This document shows positions 38,290 through 46,171 of a stretch of 64,000 nucleotides of DNA, piece after piece. The notes under the pieces were generated by a model, which ran no database searches, was not told where the DNA came from, and saw only the letters and a program-made list of their open reading frames with translations. The DNA comes from Dehalococcoidia bacterium (GTDB lineage Bacteria; Chloroflexota; Dehalococcoidia; UBA2979). Numbering within the stretch: position 1 is the stretch's first letter; the number at the start of each line of letters is the position of its first letter. The position numbers were made by a program, and so were the translations under genes. The DNA is taken from the NCBI GenBank assembly GCA_020634075.1, contig JACKCJ010000013.1, forward strand, positions 3,298-67,297, in the 5' to 3' direction.

Positions 38290-39819
38290 CTAGTGGGCGA
38301 CCGCCGAGGCACGCGTCTCGCGGACCACCGTGACCTTGATCTCGCCCGGGTACTGCATCGTCTCCTCGATCTTCTTGGAGACATCGCGGGCGAGCCGGCT
38401 CGCACCGAGGTCGTCGACGCGTTCCGGCTTCACGATGATGCGCACCTCGCGGCCCGCCTGCACGGCGAACGACTGGTCGACGCCGTCGAACGAGTTCGCG
38501 ATCGCCTCGAGGGCCTCGAGGCGCTTGATGTACTCCTCGGCGGATTCGCGGCGTGCGCCCGGGCGGGACCCCGACATCGCGTCCGCGCAGATCACCACGA
38601 GCGCCTCCACCGTCTCCGGCGGGACTTCCTCGTGGTGCGCCTCGACGCAATGGACGACCTCGCGCGGCACACCGAAGCGGCGGGCGATGTCGGCGCCGAG
38701 GCGGGCGTGGGTGCCCTCCATCTCGCGGTCGACCGCCTTGCCGAGGTCGTGCAGCAGGCCGCCGAGGCGGGCGATCTCGACGTTCGCGCCGATCTCGTGC
38801 GCCAGTGCGGCCGCCAGCCACGACGTCTCGATGCAGTGCCGGAGCTGGTTCTGGCCGTAGGAGTAGCGGTACCGGAGACGCCCGAGCGTGCGGACGATCT
38901 CGGGGTGGAGGTTCGTGACCTCGGCGTCCACGAGCGCCTGCTGCCCGGCCTGCTCGATGAGCTTGTCCACCTCGGCGCGCGCCTTGTCGACGGCGTCCTC
39001 GATGCGGGTGGGCTGGATGCGTCCGTCCTGGATCAGGCGGGCGAGGGCGGTGCGGGCGATCTCCCGGCGGACCGGGTCGAAGCCGGACACCGTCACCACC
39101 TCGGGTGTGTCGTCGATGATCAGGTCACAGCCCGTGGCGGACTCGAAAGCGCGGATGTTGCGGCCCTCGCGCCCGATGATGCGGCCCTTGAGCTCGTCCG
39201 AGGGGATCGGCACGACCGTGACGGTCGTCTCGGCGGTCACCTCGGAGGTGATGCGCTGCATCACCGTGGCGAGGATCTTGCGGGCGCGGACATCGGCTTC
39301 GTTGCGCGCGGAGGACTCCATCGCGCGGACCCGGCGATTCGACTCCTCGCGGAGTTCGCCGTCGAGGTTCTGGAGGAGCTGCTCGCGCGCCTCCTCGAGC
39401 GTCAGGCTCGCGACGCGCTCCAGCTCCGATCGGGCCTCGGCGCGGATCTGGTCGATCTCGGCCTCGGTCTTCTCGAGGTTCACGGTGCGGTCGCGGACAG
39501 ATTGCTCGGAACGCTCGAGGTTCTCGGCGCGTCGCTCGAGGGTCTCCTCGCGCTGCTCGAGCCGGCGCTCCGCGCGGCTGAGCTCGTTGCGACGTTCCTT
39601 GATCTCGGCTTCGAGTTCCTCGCGACGGGCGAGGAGGGTTTGGTTCGCGTCCAGCTCGACCTTGCGGGCGCGGTTCTCAGCTTCCTCCACCATGATGCGC
39701 GCTTCGTCGCGCGCCTGGCGGGTCATGCTGTTGGCGCCCTGGCGGGTCACGAAATAGACGAGACCCGCACCCAGCAGGAAGGCGACTGCGCCTTCCGCCA
39801 CGAGGATCAGCGCATCCAT
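38290..39819 (-). CDS. rny: ribonuclease Y
   Basis: 509 aa with an N-terminal TM and a coiled coil. KH motif IGREGRNIRAFE; HD motif GGLLHDLGKA ... VEAHHE. Confidence 0.95.
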   Translation of the reverse strand: MDALILVAEGAVAFLLGAGLVYFVTRQGANSMTRQARDEARIMVEEAENRARKVELDANQTLLARREELEAEIKERRNELSRAERRLEQREETLERRAENLERSEQSVRDRTVNLEKTEAEIDQIRAEARSELERVASLTLEEAREQLLQNLDGELREESNRRVRAMESSARNEADVRARKILATVMQRITSEVTAETTVTVVPIPSDELKGRIIGREGRNIRAFESATGCDLIIDDTPEVVTVSGFDPVRREIARTALARLIQDGRIQPTRIEDAVDKARAEVDKLIEQAGQQALVDAEVTNLHPEIVRTLGRLRYRYSYGQNQLRHCIETSWLAAALAHEIGANVEIARLGGLLHDLGKAVDREMEGTHARLGADIARRFGVPREVVHCVEAHHEEVPPETVEALVVICADAMSGSRPGARRESAEEYIKRLEALEAIANSFDGVDQSFAVQAGREVRIIVKPERVDDLGASRLARDVSKKIEETMQYPGEIKVTVVRETRASAVAH

Positions 39820-40018
39820 GGTGCCGTTCTCCGTATCCAGGACACCGGCCGAGCGCCGCTGGCGGTGCCTGGAACGCGGTCAACTGACACACGCTCTCTG
39901 GGGCACTGCCGGTCGCTCGAAGCCGGAATGATTCGTTTCCGACGGATCGCCGTCGGCTAACAGAATCGTATCACGCGCTTAAACACGTTTATTGACCTGT
40001 TACGGGGGCGGGGAGGTG

Positions 40019-40654
40019 TCAGCGATCGTCCTCGGCATCGCCCTCGGGCACGTCCGCGAGGGCGGCCTGCATCGCCTCGCGGGCGACGGAATCGGAGAAG
40101 CCGCGGCGCCTGAGGAAGTCGTAGAGGCGACGCGTGCGCTTGGGTTCCTCGACGGATCGGAGCGAGCGGGCACGCTTCCGGGCCGCCTCGAGAGCGGCTG
40201 CGCGGTCGTCGTGCTCGGCGATCGCGGCCTGGGCGAACTCGTCGGCTACGCCGCGCTGGTTCAGCTCGTGCTTCAGGAGGGCACGACCGCGTCCCGTGGC
40301 ACGCGGTCCAGAGACATAATTCTTCGCCCATGCGCGGTCGTCGAGATACCCGAGTGAGCGCATCCGCTCGACCGCGTGTTCGACCTCGTCGGGCAGGAAG
40401 GATCGGGCGAGGGCGGTCCCGAGCTCACGCTCGGTGCGGTGCTTACGGGAGAGCAGCTCCAGTGCCTTGCGGATCGCGAGGAGCTTCCGGCCCTCCGACT
40501 GCACCTCGGACCACTGGTCGGGGGGGAAGTGGACGCCCTCGCGGAGGTGGTGGAGGACAACCGTCTCGAGGGGAAGGACGACGGGGTCGTCGCTGTCGAT
40601 GGAGACAGCGGCGACCCCGTTCTTCTTGACCTGGACTTCGACGATGACCGGCAT
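40019..40654 (-). CDS. recX: recombination regulator RecX
   Basis: 211 aa immediately downstream of recA (21-nt gap). Repeated three-helix RecX pattern (ALELLSRKHRTERELGTAL, VERMRSLGYLDDRAWAKNYV). Confidence 0.9.
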   Translation of the reverse strand: MPVIVEVQVKKNGVAAVSIDSDDPVVLPLETVVLHHLREGVHFPPDQWSEVQSEGRKLLAIRKALELLSRKHRTERELGTALARSFLPDEVEHAVERMRSLGYLDDRAWAKNYVSGPRATGRGRALLKHELNQRGVADEFAQAAIAEHDDRAAALEAARKRARSLRSVEEPKRTRRLYDFLRRRGFSDSVAREAMQAALADVPEGDAEDDR

Positions 40655-40675
40655 CGAGGTACCTCGACGCGCGGG

Positions 40676-41770
40676 TTACGCGTCGACCGAGAGCTCCGCC
40701 TCAGCCTCGACCGCTTCCGCGGTGGCCGGAGGGGCGAACGACTCGACGGGGGCGGCGCCCTTCACACCGGCGAGGCTGCGCACGCGCTGCTCGATCTCGG
40801 TGCCCATCTCGAGGTTCTCGCCGAGGAACTTCACAGCGTTCATGCGGCCCTGCCCGAGGCGGACGTCGCCGTAGGAGTAGAACGCGCCGGTCTTCTTGAT
40901 GACGTCGTGCTCGACCGCGAGGTCGATGACGTCGCCCCAGTGGTTAATGCCGTGCATGTCCGAGGTGAACATGATGTCGAACTCGGCCTGGCGGAACGGC
41001 GGGGCGACCTTGTTCTTCACGACCTTGCAGCGCACGCGGTTGCCGATGAACGTCTGGCCGTCCTTCAGCGATTCGATGCGCCGGATGTCGATGCGGACCG
41101 ACGAGTAGAACTTCAGCGCGCGGCCGCCGGGAGTGGTCTCCGGGTTGCCGAAGACGACGCCGACCTTCTCGCGGAGCTGGTTGATGAAGACGAGGGCGGT
41201 GTTGGTGCGGGAGACCGCAGCGGTCAGCTTGCGCATCGCCTGGGACATGAGGCGTGCCTGCAGGCCGGGGAGGGAGTCGCCCATGTCACCCTCGAGTTCC
41301 GCGCGCGGCACGAGGGCGGCGACGGAGTCGACGATCACGATGTCGATCGCCTGCGAGCGGATCAGCGCTTCGCAGATCTCGAGGGCCTGCTCACCGGTGT
41401 CCGGCTGCGAGATGAGGAGGTCGTCGACGTTGATGCCACACTGCGCGGCGTACTCCGGGTCGAGCGCGTGCTCGACGTCGATGTAGGCGGCGGTGCCGCC
41501 GGCCTTCTGGGCCTCGGCAATGATGTGCTGGGCGAGCGTGGACTTACCGGCCGACTCCGGACCGTAGATCTCGGTGATGCGGCCGCGCGGGACGCCGCCG
41601 ATGCCGAGGGCGATGTCGAGCGAGAGCGCGCCGGTCGGGATGCCGGAGACGTTCATCGAGGCGCTCGGGTCGCCGAGGCGCATGATGGCGCCCTTGCCGT
41701 GGTCCTTGGTGATCTGCTCGAGCGCCTTCGCCAGGAGGTCTGCGCGCTGCTTCTTCTCGTCGACGGCCAT
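40676..41770 (-). CDS. recA: recombinase RecA
   Basis: [34 protein letters not shown]; Walker [17 protein letters not shown] 41770 was chosen; the track ORF adds 24 spurious residues. Confidence 0.97.
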   Translation of the reverse strand: MAVDEKKQRADLLAKALEQITKDHGKGAIMRLGDPSASMNVSGIPTGALSLDIALGIGGVPRGRITEIYGPESAGKSTLAQHIIAEAQKAGGTAAYIDVEHALDPEYAAQCGINVDDLLISQPDTGEQALEICEALIRSQAIDIVIVDSVAALVPRAELEGDMGDSLPGLQARLMSQAMRKLTAAVSRTNTALVFINQLREKVGVVFGNPETTPGGRALKFYSSVRIDIRRIESLKDGQTFIGNRVRCKVVKNKVAPPFRQAEFDIMFTSDMHGINHWGDVIDLAVEHDVIKKTGAFYSYGDVRLGQGRMNAVKFLGENLEMGTEIEQRVRSLAGVKGAAPVESFAPPATAEAVEAEAELSVDA

Positions 41771-41838
41771 GGCCTTGCGCCTCTCGTTCTCTCGGATGGT
41801 TCGAGTCAGTAGTGCAGGCCCCCGCCCGACTGTTCGGA

Positions 41839-41867
41839 ACACTAGAACGCGCGTTCTACAGTGTCAA
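41839..41867 (-). promoter_or_regulatory. candidate recA promoter
   Basis: Minus strand TTGACA-N17-TAGTGT. The spacer and -10 element overlap the SOS box. Confidence 0.55.
41843..41858. promoter_or_regulatory. LexA (Cheo-type) SOS box
   Basis: TAGAACGCGCGTTCTA, a perfect 16-bp palindrome containing GAAC-N4-GTTC, about 75 nt upstream of the recA ATG. Confidence 0.7.
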
Positions 41868-41996
41868 CACCCTTCGTCACTGGAGGTGTCATTTCACGAC
41901 GATCTGTGGTGTCCAGTGGTGTCGCCGCGTTCCGAATGCCGTCGCTGGTCATCGTACCGCCTCGACGCAGGGTCGGGAGGGAGTCAGGATCGGGCC

Positions 41997-42272
41997 ATGG
42001 CTCGCATCACGATCCGCTTGAGCCCGAGGGCGTCCCGCGAGGAGATCGCGGGGGAGCGCGATGGCGCGGTGCTCGTGCGGGTCACGGCGCCGCCAGTGGA
42101 CGGCGCGGCGAACGAAGCGCTGGTGAAGCTGTTGGCGAAGACGTTGCGAGTGCCGAAGAGCGCGGTCGCGATCGTCTCCGGCGAGACGTCGCGCACGAAG
42201 CTCGTCGAGGTCCACGGGGTCGAGGAAGCCGATCTCCGGGCTCGCCTCGGTCTGGGTGCCGGCGGCGGTTAG
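41997..42272 (+). CDS. DUF167 (YggU) family protein
   Basis: MARITIRLSPRASREEIAGERDGAVLVRVTAPPVDGAANEALVKLLAKTLRVPKSAVAIVSGETSRTKLVEV. Only the last 92 codons of track ORF 41574-42272 are used. Confidence 0.8.
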   Translation: MARITIRLSPRASREEIAGERDGAVLVRVTAPPVDGAANEALVKLLAKTLRVPKSAVAIVSGETSRTKLVEVHGVEEADLRARLGLGAGGG

Positions 42273-42529
42273 AAGCTCGACGCCGAGTTCAGCAGGGCCG
42301 AGGCGATGAAGAAGAGCAGCAGCATCGCGACCATCGGCGTGATGTCGATCATGCCGATCGGGGGGATCACCTTCCGGAGCGGCTCCAGTACCGGGTCCGT
42401 GACGGCGTTCAGGAACTGCACGATGGGGCCGTTCCGGTCGATCGGGAACCAGGTGAGGATCGCCCGCGCGAAGATCGCGAAGGCGAGGAACTGGACGAGG
42501 TAGCCCACCGCGAGGACCAGCATTCCCAT
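42269..42529 (-). CDS. YggT family membrane protein
   Basis: 86 aa. FARAILTWFPIDRNGPIVQFLNAVTDPVLEPLRKVIPPIGMIDITP. Confidence 0.85.
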   Translation of the reverse strand: MGMLVLAVGYLVQFLAFAIFARAILTWFPIDRNGPIVQFLNAVTDPVLEPLRKVIPPIGMIDITPMVAMLLLFFIASALLNSASSF

Positions 42530-42532
42530 GGG

Positions 42533-43333
42533 TTACTCCCCCAGATCGCGCGCACGCTCGTACGCCGCTTCCACTGCCGAGTCGATCGCCGTGCGGAAGC
42601 CGGCGGCCTCCAGCTCGGCGAGCCCGGCGGCGGTGGTGCCGCCCGGCGAGGTCACCTGGTTGCGCAGCGCCGCCGGGTGCTGTCCGGTCTCCATCGCGTA
42701 TTCGGCCGAGCCTCGGACGGTGGAGAGCACGAGCTTGAGCGCATCCGGGCGCTTCATGCCCTGGCGGACGGCCGCGTCCACCATCGCCTCGATCATCAGG
42801 TAGACATAGCCCGGCCCGGAGCCGTGCACGGCGGTCGCGAGGTCGACCTCGTCGTCCGAATGCACCTCGACGTATCCGGTGGCGACGGCGCTCAGCACGC
42901 GCTCGAGGTGGGCGCGCTGCGCACCGGTGACCTCGGACGATGGGTAGTAGACGGCGGCGCCGGCGCCGATGGCGGCCGGGAGGTTGGGCATCACGCGGAC
43001 CGCGGCTCGGTGCCCGGTGTAGCGGCGAAGGTCGTCGAGGCGCACACCGGCGGCGATGGACACCACGACGGCGTCGCGCCCGAACTTGCCGGTGAGGTTC
43101 TCCGCGACGGTGGGGAGGTCCTGCGGCTTCACCGCGAGGATGACGACATCCGCCCCGATGCAGGCGCTCTCGGCGTCATCGGTCACACGCACGCCGTGCT
43201 CACTGAGCTGTGCTCGACGGGCCGGCACCACCTCGGCGACGGCGACGTCTCCCGGCGCGGCCACCTCCGCGCGGAGGATGCCGCGCAGGAACGCCTCGCC
43301 CATGAAGCCGCCGCCGATGATGCCGATGCGCAT
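42533..43333 (-). CDS. proC: pyrroline-5-carboxylate reductase
   Basis: MRIGIIGGGFMGEAF ... VTSPGGTTAAGLAELE. ATG 43333 was chosen. Confidence 0.92.
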   Translation of the reverse strand: MRIGIIGGGFMGEAFLRGILRAEVAAPGDVAVAEVVPARRAQLSEHGVRVTDDAESACIGADVVILAVKPQDLPTVAENLTGKFGRDAVVVSIAAGVRLDDLRRYTGHRAAVRVMPNLPAAIGAGAAVYYPSSEVTGAQRAHLERVLSAVATGYVEVHSDDEVDLATAVHGSGPGYVYLMIEAMVDAAVRQGMKRPDALKLVLSTVRGSAEYAMETGQHPAALRNQVTSPGGTTAAGLAELEAAGFRTAIDSAVEAAYERARDLGE

Positions 43334-43481
43334 CGTGACCCCTCGTCGATGCTGTGCCGTCGATGGCATGCCGTCGCGCGGACGAAGGTCCGGAGCGAAG
43401 CGGCGGAGTATGACTTCGAAGCCTAAGGGATCGCGACGCCTACGGGCTGGCAGTCGGTGTCATCCGAGGGGGCCGCAGGGG

Positions 43482-44177
43482 TCAGGGCAGGCGGTCGCCG
43501 AAGATCGCGCGCCCCACGCGTACCACCGTCGCGCCTTCTTCGATGGCGACCTCGAAGTCGTCCGTCATTCCCATCGAGAGCTCCGAGAGGCCGTGCTCAG
43601 CGGCCAGCTCGCGGAGCGCGCGGAAGACCGGTCGCACCTCCTCGGGGTCCTTCACGCGAGGCGCGACTGTCATCAAGCCGCGGACATCGAGGATCTCAGC
43701 CGACCGGGCGGCTGCGAGGAGCGGCCCCACGTCGGACGGTGCGATCCCCTCCTTCTGGGCCTCGCCGGCCACGTTGACCTCGAGGAAGCAGCGGAGCGGC
43801 CGATGCCCCGGGCGTGCCTCGGCAGCACGGGTCGCGATCTCCCGGACGAGCCGCTCGGAGTCGAGCGAGTGCAGGACGTCGATGTAGGGGAGGGCGTCTC
43901 GCACCTTGTTGCGCTGGAGATGGCCGATGAAGTGCCACTCGGCAGCCAGTCCGCGCTCCCGGGCGGCGAGGGCCTTCGGGACGAACTCCTGGGCGCGGTT
44001 CTCGCCGAACACGCGGAGTCCAGCGGTGACGGCCTCCTCGACGGCTTCGATCGGGTGCGTCTTGGACACCGCGACGAGGGTGACCTCATCGGCACTCCGG
44101 CCGCTACGGGCGCACGCCGCCTCGATGCGGTGTCGCACTTCGGCGGCACGGGTGGCGATGGACGTCGTCGCGGTCAT
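43482..44177 (-). CDS. YggS/YlmE family pyridoxal-phosphate homeostasis protein
   Basis: 231 aa. LVAVSKTHP (PLP lysine), [43 protein letters not shown]. Confidence 0.92.
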   Translation of the reverse strand: MTATTSIATRAAEVRHRIEAACARSGRSADEVTLVAVSKTHPIEAVEEAVTAGLRVFGENRAQEFVPKALAARERGLAAEWHFIGHLQRNKVRDALPYIDVLHSLDSERLVREIATRAAEARPGHRPLRCFLEVNVAGEAQKEGIAPSDVGPLLAAARSAEILDVRGLMTVAPRVKDPEEVRPVFRALRELAAEHGLSELSMGMTDDFEVAIEEGATVVRVGRAIFGDRLP

Positions 44178-44192
44178 GGAGATGAGCCAGGC

Positions 44193-44471
44193 CTACGGTC
44201 GGCGGCGGCTGAAGATCTCCTCCTCGAGCGTGCGCTGCGACTGCTTGTCGCGCTCGACGAGGCGCCAGACGCCGAGGCCGAGGATGGCGATCGGGCCGAG
44301 CGAGAGGATCGGGTGGATGGACAGCAGCCACACGGCGGCGCCCAGGAGAAAGAGCACCCCGAAGATGACGAGCATCGGGATGGCCAGCAGGCCAAGCACG
44401 ACGCGGCTCATCACGAAGATCTCGCTCCAGGAGCCTTCCGGATCCTGCTGGGGCGGTTGATATCCGTACAT
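44193..44471 (-). CDS. hypothetical small membrane protein (92 aa, 2 TM)
   Basis: ATG 44471 (MYGYQPPQQDPEGSW...). The longer track ORF would collide with the divergent MBL gene region. Confidence 0.5.
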   Translation of the reverse strand: MYGYQPPQQDPEGSWSEIFVMSRVVLGLLAIPMLVIFGVLFLLGAAVWLLSIHPILSLGPIAILGLGVWRLVERDKQSQRTLEEEIFSRRRP

Positions 44472-44553
44472 GCGTCCAGTGTAGGCGTCGCGAGCGTCGG
44501 CAACGTTGCGTGATGGCGTCAGGTGTAGCATCCCGCGCGCGAGGGGGTGTGCG

Positions 44554-45429
44554 ATGACAGGTTCCTTCAGACTCGGTGACGTCGAGATCACGTACGTCGA
44601 GGAGCTCACGCTCCCGACCTCGGTCCGGTGGATGCTCGAAGGGGTGGAGCGAGACGCCGTGGCCGCGTGCTCGTCATGGATGCAGCCGCACTACCAGAAC
44701 GCGGACGGCTACCTCCTCCAGAGCATCCACACGCTCGTCGTGCGGACGCCGGACCGGCTCATGCTGGTGGACACGGGCGTCGGCAACGGCAAGGAGCGCG
44801 GTGGTGGTATCCCGGCGTTCAACCTGCTCGACACGGACTTCCTCGACCGCCTCGCCGCCGCCGGCGTCGACCCGGACGAGGTGGACACCGTCCTGTGCAC
44901 GCACATGCATACCGACCACGTTGGCTGGGACACCCACCTCGAGGATGGACAGTGGGTGCCGACGTTCCCCAACGCGCGCCACCTGTTCGTCGAGCAGGAG
45001 TGGATGCACTGGCACGAGGTCGCCCGGGACGCTGAGGCGACCGCCCGCCTGCTGGCAGACTCCATCACGCCGGTGTTCGAGGCCGGTCTCGTGGACCTCG
45101 TGCCGGCCGACTACCAGGTCACCGAGCAGGTCAGGCTCGTCCCCTCGCACGGTCACAGCCCCGGCCACGTGACCGTCGAGGTCACCTCGGGCGGACGGAC
45201 GGCGGCGCTCATCGGCGACGTCATGCACTCGCCGCTCCAGGCGGCGTTCCCGGACGTGAAGCCGCCGCTCGATCGTGAGCTGGAGGCACCCGCGCGGGCA
45301 CGCCACGCCGTCCTCGAGCGCTACGCGGACACCGACACGCTGGTCCTCGGGGCGCACTGGCCGTGGCCGCCGGCGCTGATCCGCCGTGAGGGCGACGCCT
45401 ACCGCGTGGATGCCGCGGAGGACTTGTGA
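44554..45429 (+). CDS. MBL-fold metallo-hydrolase (lactonase-like)
   Basis: LVDTGVG ... CTHMHTDHVGW (HxHxDH) ... SHGHSPGH ... GDVMHS. ATG 44554 was chosen. Confidence 0.85.
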   Translation: MTGSFRLGDVEITYVEELTLPTSVRWMLEGVERDAVAACSSWMQPHYQNADGYLLQSIHTLVVRTPDRLMLVDTGVGNGKERGGGIPAFNLLDTDFLDRLAAAGVDPDEVDTVLCTHMHTDHVGWDTHLEDGQWVPTFPNARHLFVEQEWMHWHEVARDAEATARLLADSITPVFEAGLVDLVPADYQVTEQVRLVPSHGHSPGHVTVEVTSGGRTAALIGDVMHSPLQAAFPDVKPPLDRELEAPARARHAVLERYADTDTLVLGAHWPWPPALIRREGDAYRVDAAEDL

Positions 45430-45431
45430 TG

Positions 45432-45463
45432 CATGATGCGTGATGCTAGCATCACGCATCATG
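45432..45463. promoter_or_regulatory. perfect 32-bp palindrome overlapping the vapB start codon (candidate VapB operator and/or hairpin)
   Basis: CATGATGCGTGATGCT|AGCATCACGCATCATG, with exact 16+16 inverted arms. Each arm holds two TGATGC copies 7 bp apart. It begins 3 nt after the MBL stop and ends in the vapB ATG. Confidence 0.8.
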
Positions 45464-45730
45464 GTGAAGAGAACCACGGTCTCAGCCGAAGAAGACGACC
45501 TCGCCACCCTGGAACGGGAGGCGAAGCGTCGCGGTGTCTCCTTGTCTCTGATGCTCCGGGAGGCGGTCATGGAGTACGCAGCCGAAATCCGGGAGGCGAA
45601 CCGTCCGCGCTTCGGCTATACCTCCGGACCGGAAGACGTCGCGCAGGAATCCGTGGATGACGAGGACGCGCCGTACCGCCACCTGAAGTCGCAGATGGAC
45701 GACCACGACTCCGCGTCGGCGACCAGGTAG
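45461..45730 (+). CDS. vapB: type II antitoxin, ribbon-helix-helix (CopG/VapB-like)
   Basis: MVKRTTVSAEEDDLATLEREAKRRGVSLSLMLREAVMEYA has the RHH pattern. Its stop directly abuts the PIN gene start. Confidence 0.75.
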   Translation: MVKRTTVSAEEDDLATLEREAKRRGVSLSLMLREAVMEYAAEIREANRPRFGYTSGPEDVAQESVDDEDAPYRHLKSQMDDHDSASATR

Positions 45731-46147
45731 GTGGCGCTCGTCCTCGATACCGGGGTGGTGCTGGCGCTCCTCAACGCGAAGGATCGCTACCACCGCGCCT
45801 GTGTCGAGCTCGCCATGGGCACGCGGGAGCCGCTGGTCATCCCGGCGGCGATTCTCGGCGAGGTCGACTACTGGATTGCGCAGCGCCTCGATCCTCGGGC
45901 GTGGCGCATCCTGATCGAGGACATCGACCGCGGCGCGTACCTCCTCGAACCGACCACCGAGGAGGACCTTGTCCGGACGGTCTCGCTACAGGATCAGTAC
46001 CCGAGCCTCTCGCTCGGCTTCGTGGACGCCGCCGTGATCGCGGTGTGCGAACGCCTTGGAGAGCGCAAAGTCGCGACGGTGGACCGCCGCGACTTCTCGG
46101 TGGTCGTGCCGCGGCACGCGCCCTACCTCGAGATCCTCCCGGCCTGA
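45731..46147 (+). CDS. vapC: type II toxin, PIN-domain ribonuclease VapC
   Basis: (V)ALVLDTGVVLALL...EVDYW...GFVDAAVIAVCERL...VATVDRRDF carries the conserved acidic PIN residues (D6, E, D, D). Confidence 0.85.
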   Translation: MALVLDTGVVLALLNAKDRYHRACVELAMGTREPLVIPAAILGEVDYWIAQRLDPRAWRILIEDIDRGAYLLEPTTEEDLVRTVSLQDQYPSLSLGFVDAAVIAVCERLGERKVATVDRRDFSVVVPRHAPYLEILPA

Positions 46148-46171
46148 CCGGCTCTCAAACGCACGCGAACC

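Noticed and set aside
39820-40018. The recX-rny spacer, with hairpin CCGACGG-CGAT-CCGTCGG and an AT-rich patch (AATAAACGTGTTTAAGCG), considered as terminator plus promoter.
   Set aside because: On the transcribed (minus) strand the hairpin is followed by an A-rich rather than a U-rich tract. I could not find properly spaced -35/-10 hexamers. This is plausible but unsupported.
41574-42272. A 232-aa ORF spanning the recA upstream region.
   Set aside because: Only the last 91 codons (from ATG 41997) resemble DUF167/YggU. The upstream part overlaps recA and its promoter and is compositionally shadow-like.
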